From contig CAJWHW010000007.1 of the NCBI GenBank assembly GCA_913040915.1, positions 11,239 through 75,238 on the forward strand: 64,000 bases of DNA. Direction: 5' to 3'. The position numbers and the translations under genes were made by a program. The first letter of the stretch is position 1. Every line of letters begins with the position of its first letter. Shown piece after piece: positions 62,203 through 64,000 of the stretch. Source of the stretch: an uncultured Fidelibacterota bacterium. Its GTDB lineage: Bacteria; Fidelibacterota; Marinisomatia; Marinisomatales; UBA1611. Under the pieces are notes generated by a model. The model was not told the DNA's origin, ran no database searches, and saw nothing but the letters and a program-made list of their open reading frames with translations.

Positions 62203-64000
62203 TTATAATTCTTCAATTTTAAATAATTCATAATAATGAAAAGATAAATGAATTGATTTTTGATTGAAAAAATATATCCATAATTGTCTGTTCGGATCAC
62301 CACCATTATTTCCAAGAATTTTTTCATGAGGCTCACCTAATAATTCTTGAACTTGAGGAATTGTTTGTCCTATACTTAATTTGTCTGCTCGAGCTCTAAA
62401 CTGCTCAAGTCTGGCTCGGTCCATTTTGTAATCCATCAAAATACGAGTTTTATAATCAGATAATGTTTCCAATTTTTTTCTTAAATCAATAAGCAATTGT
62501 TCATTTCGCCTACCAATACCACCTGAAAGTTCACGTGCAAATTCCAAAGAATAAATAGCCAGTTGAATTTCTTCAAATTCATCTGCTTCATTTGCCAATC
62601 TTGCCATTTGGATACCAGCTTTGTACTGTAATGCCTTCACTTCATGAATTAAGTCTGGGTTCATTTTTAATGCTTCTGCATATTTTTTCATTGCTTTACC
62701 AACAAATCCCGCTGTCTGGTACTTTTTCCCTTCACCTAATATTACCCACGATTTAAATCGACGTAATTCTTTTTTACCTTGAATGGAAATTTCAGCAACA
62801 TATTTTACCAAGGAGTATGCTTCGATGTATTTTGAATCTTTTAATGTTTTTTCCGCTTCAACCATCCATAATTGAGCAATCTGTTCAATACGGCGGTTTA
62901 ATGTTTCCAGAATTAATGTATCATTTTTTACTAACGATTTAGCATATAAATATTTATTTAATGCATTTTCAGTTTTACCTTTTTTATCTAAAACAACACC
63001 CTCATCCATAATGGTATAAGGAATTTTATATTCACATTCTGCTATAAAATCTTCAGCACGGTGCCTATTAGCATGAGTGGGATATTTTAAAAGAAATTCA
63101 TTGAAACCATCTTTTGCTTTAACATAGTCTTTTCTGTAGTAATTTCTTTTTGCTTTATCTCCTATGGTTTTTTGTCCACCATAAAATGCAGATAGTGTTA
63201 AATAAAGCCCATAATTTGAAAGGTCAAAACGATTGACAGGTGTCACGTCATTGGGGTCCAATATGGTATGAATCTTGGTATATGAATATCGAAAATCTAA
63301 GCCCACTGTAAACCGATTTTCTTTTCCAGGATCAAGAATAAAGCGGATTCCACTGCCTAAAGCCATGGATGTTCCGGAACCACTTACAGTTTTATCCCAT
63401 TCACCTCTCTCTGTGGTATAAAAAAATGCTTTAGCTAGACCATATCCATAGCGAAAGTTAACAAACCAGTTATTAAATGGTTGATACTGAAAATGATTGG
63501 TAAACATATATTCTGTTATTTTAGGTGAAAAATAAGCTGTATCCCCCCAAGTTGAATTAACCTGTGCCCAATCTTCGTATGGTACTTCTGCTGGATAAAA
63601 TAAGTCACTTGAACGGTATGAAAGGCCTGACATTACATTCATCCAACTTGTTCCTAAAAGGTAATGTGGAATATTTATCAGTCCAAAATCAATTTCCATG
63701 GATGGCCCCCAAATATTTGTATATCCCTGACTTATAGGTTCAATATTTTCATCATCATATTTTATTTTTTCTTTATCATCCACTGCAGAATCTTCAGACA
63801 AACTGCTCCAACTACCTGATGTTTTTCCCGTAAATCCAATTCCGTAACGAATTTCAATTGGAACGAAATTGACAGGATTTGCAAATTCCCTCGCACGAAA
63901 CCATTTATCAAAAAATGCTCCGTCTTCATAAGGTGAATCTGTATCGAATTTGATTAGACCGAAGAGGAAAGTTCTGGCAGGTTTTTCCTCTTCTATTTGT
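62203..64000 (-). CDS. Hypothetical outer-membrane protein: beta-barrel + TPR + BamE/SmpA-like domain (partial, start beyond the right edge)
   Basis: The frame stays open from 63801 to 63999 (QIEEEKPARTFLFG...), so the TTG in the ORF track is not the true start. Amphipathic strands come first, then TPR-like helices, then LSIGQTIPQVQELLGEP...WIY. Confidence 0.65.
   Translation of the reverse strand, partial: QIEEEKPARTFLFGLIKFDTDSPYEDGAFFDKWFRAREFANPVNFVPIEIRYGIGFTGKTSGSWSSLSEDSAVDDKEKIKYDDENIEPISQGYTNIWGPSMEIDFGLINIPHYLLGTSWMNVMSGLSYRSSDLFYPAEVPYEDWAQVNSTWGDTAYFSPKITEYMFTNHFQYQPFNNWFVNFRYGYGLAKAFFYTTERGEWDKTVSGSGTSMALGSGIRFILDPGKENRFTVGLDFRYSYTKIHTILDPNDVTPVNRFDLSNYGLYLTLSAFYGGQKTIGDKAKRNYYRKDYVKAKDGFNEFLLKYPTHANRHRAEDFIAECEYKIPYTIMDEGVVLDKKGKTENALNKYLYAKSLVKNDTLILETLNRRIEQIAQLWMVEAEKTLKDSKYIEAYSLVKYVAEISIQGKKELRRFKSWVILGEGKKYQTAGFVGKAMKKYAEALKMNPDLIHEVKALQYKAGIQMARLANEADEFEEIQLAIYSLEFARELSGGIGRRNEQLLIDLRKKLETLSDYKTRILMDYKMDRARLEQFRARADKLSIGQTIPQVQELLGEPHEKILGNNGGDPNRQLWIYFFNQKSIHLSFHYYELFKIEEL

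Overview
A gene-dense, AT-rich bacterial chromosome segment, almost entirely coding and mostly on the minus strand. Gene content (DUF4835, DUF2723, lptC-lptB-rpoN order, bS21, PNGase F-like protein) suggests an FCB-superphylum organism, most plausibly marine Marinimicrobia/SAR406; this is inference only. Housekeeping blocks: kdsB-pyrG-kdsA-kdsC-lptC-lptB-rpoN-hflKC-hslVU-argF; a TolC/MacA/MacB-type exporter; a CCA-type enzyme; valS-DUF4139-recG-DUF1844-DUF2723-GT2; pabABC; rlmD; rpsU, rsmA, tatD; metG-holB-envC. I saw no rRNA, tRNA, CRISPR array or mobile element. Best leads: (1) a six-gene MMPL + putative beta-barrel + LolCDE-like ABC + LolA-like module that looks like an uncharacterised trans-envelope lipid transport system; (2) a deoxynucleoside catabolic operon with an apparently split ALDH16-type aldehyde dehydrogenase and no deoB; (3) a predicted beta-barrel/TPR/BamE-like fusion protein at the right edge; (4) a sigma-54 promoter followed by a decayed trypsin-like protease relic in the kdsB intergenic gap; (5) a cadherin-domain lipoprotein at the left edge that the ORF track missed; (6) a PNGase F-like + alkylglycerol-monooxygenase-like gene pair; (7) several apparent leaderless starts, plus an unusually strong SD on rpsU. 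All family calls come from motif recognition by eye; no searches were run.
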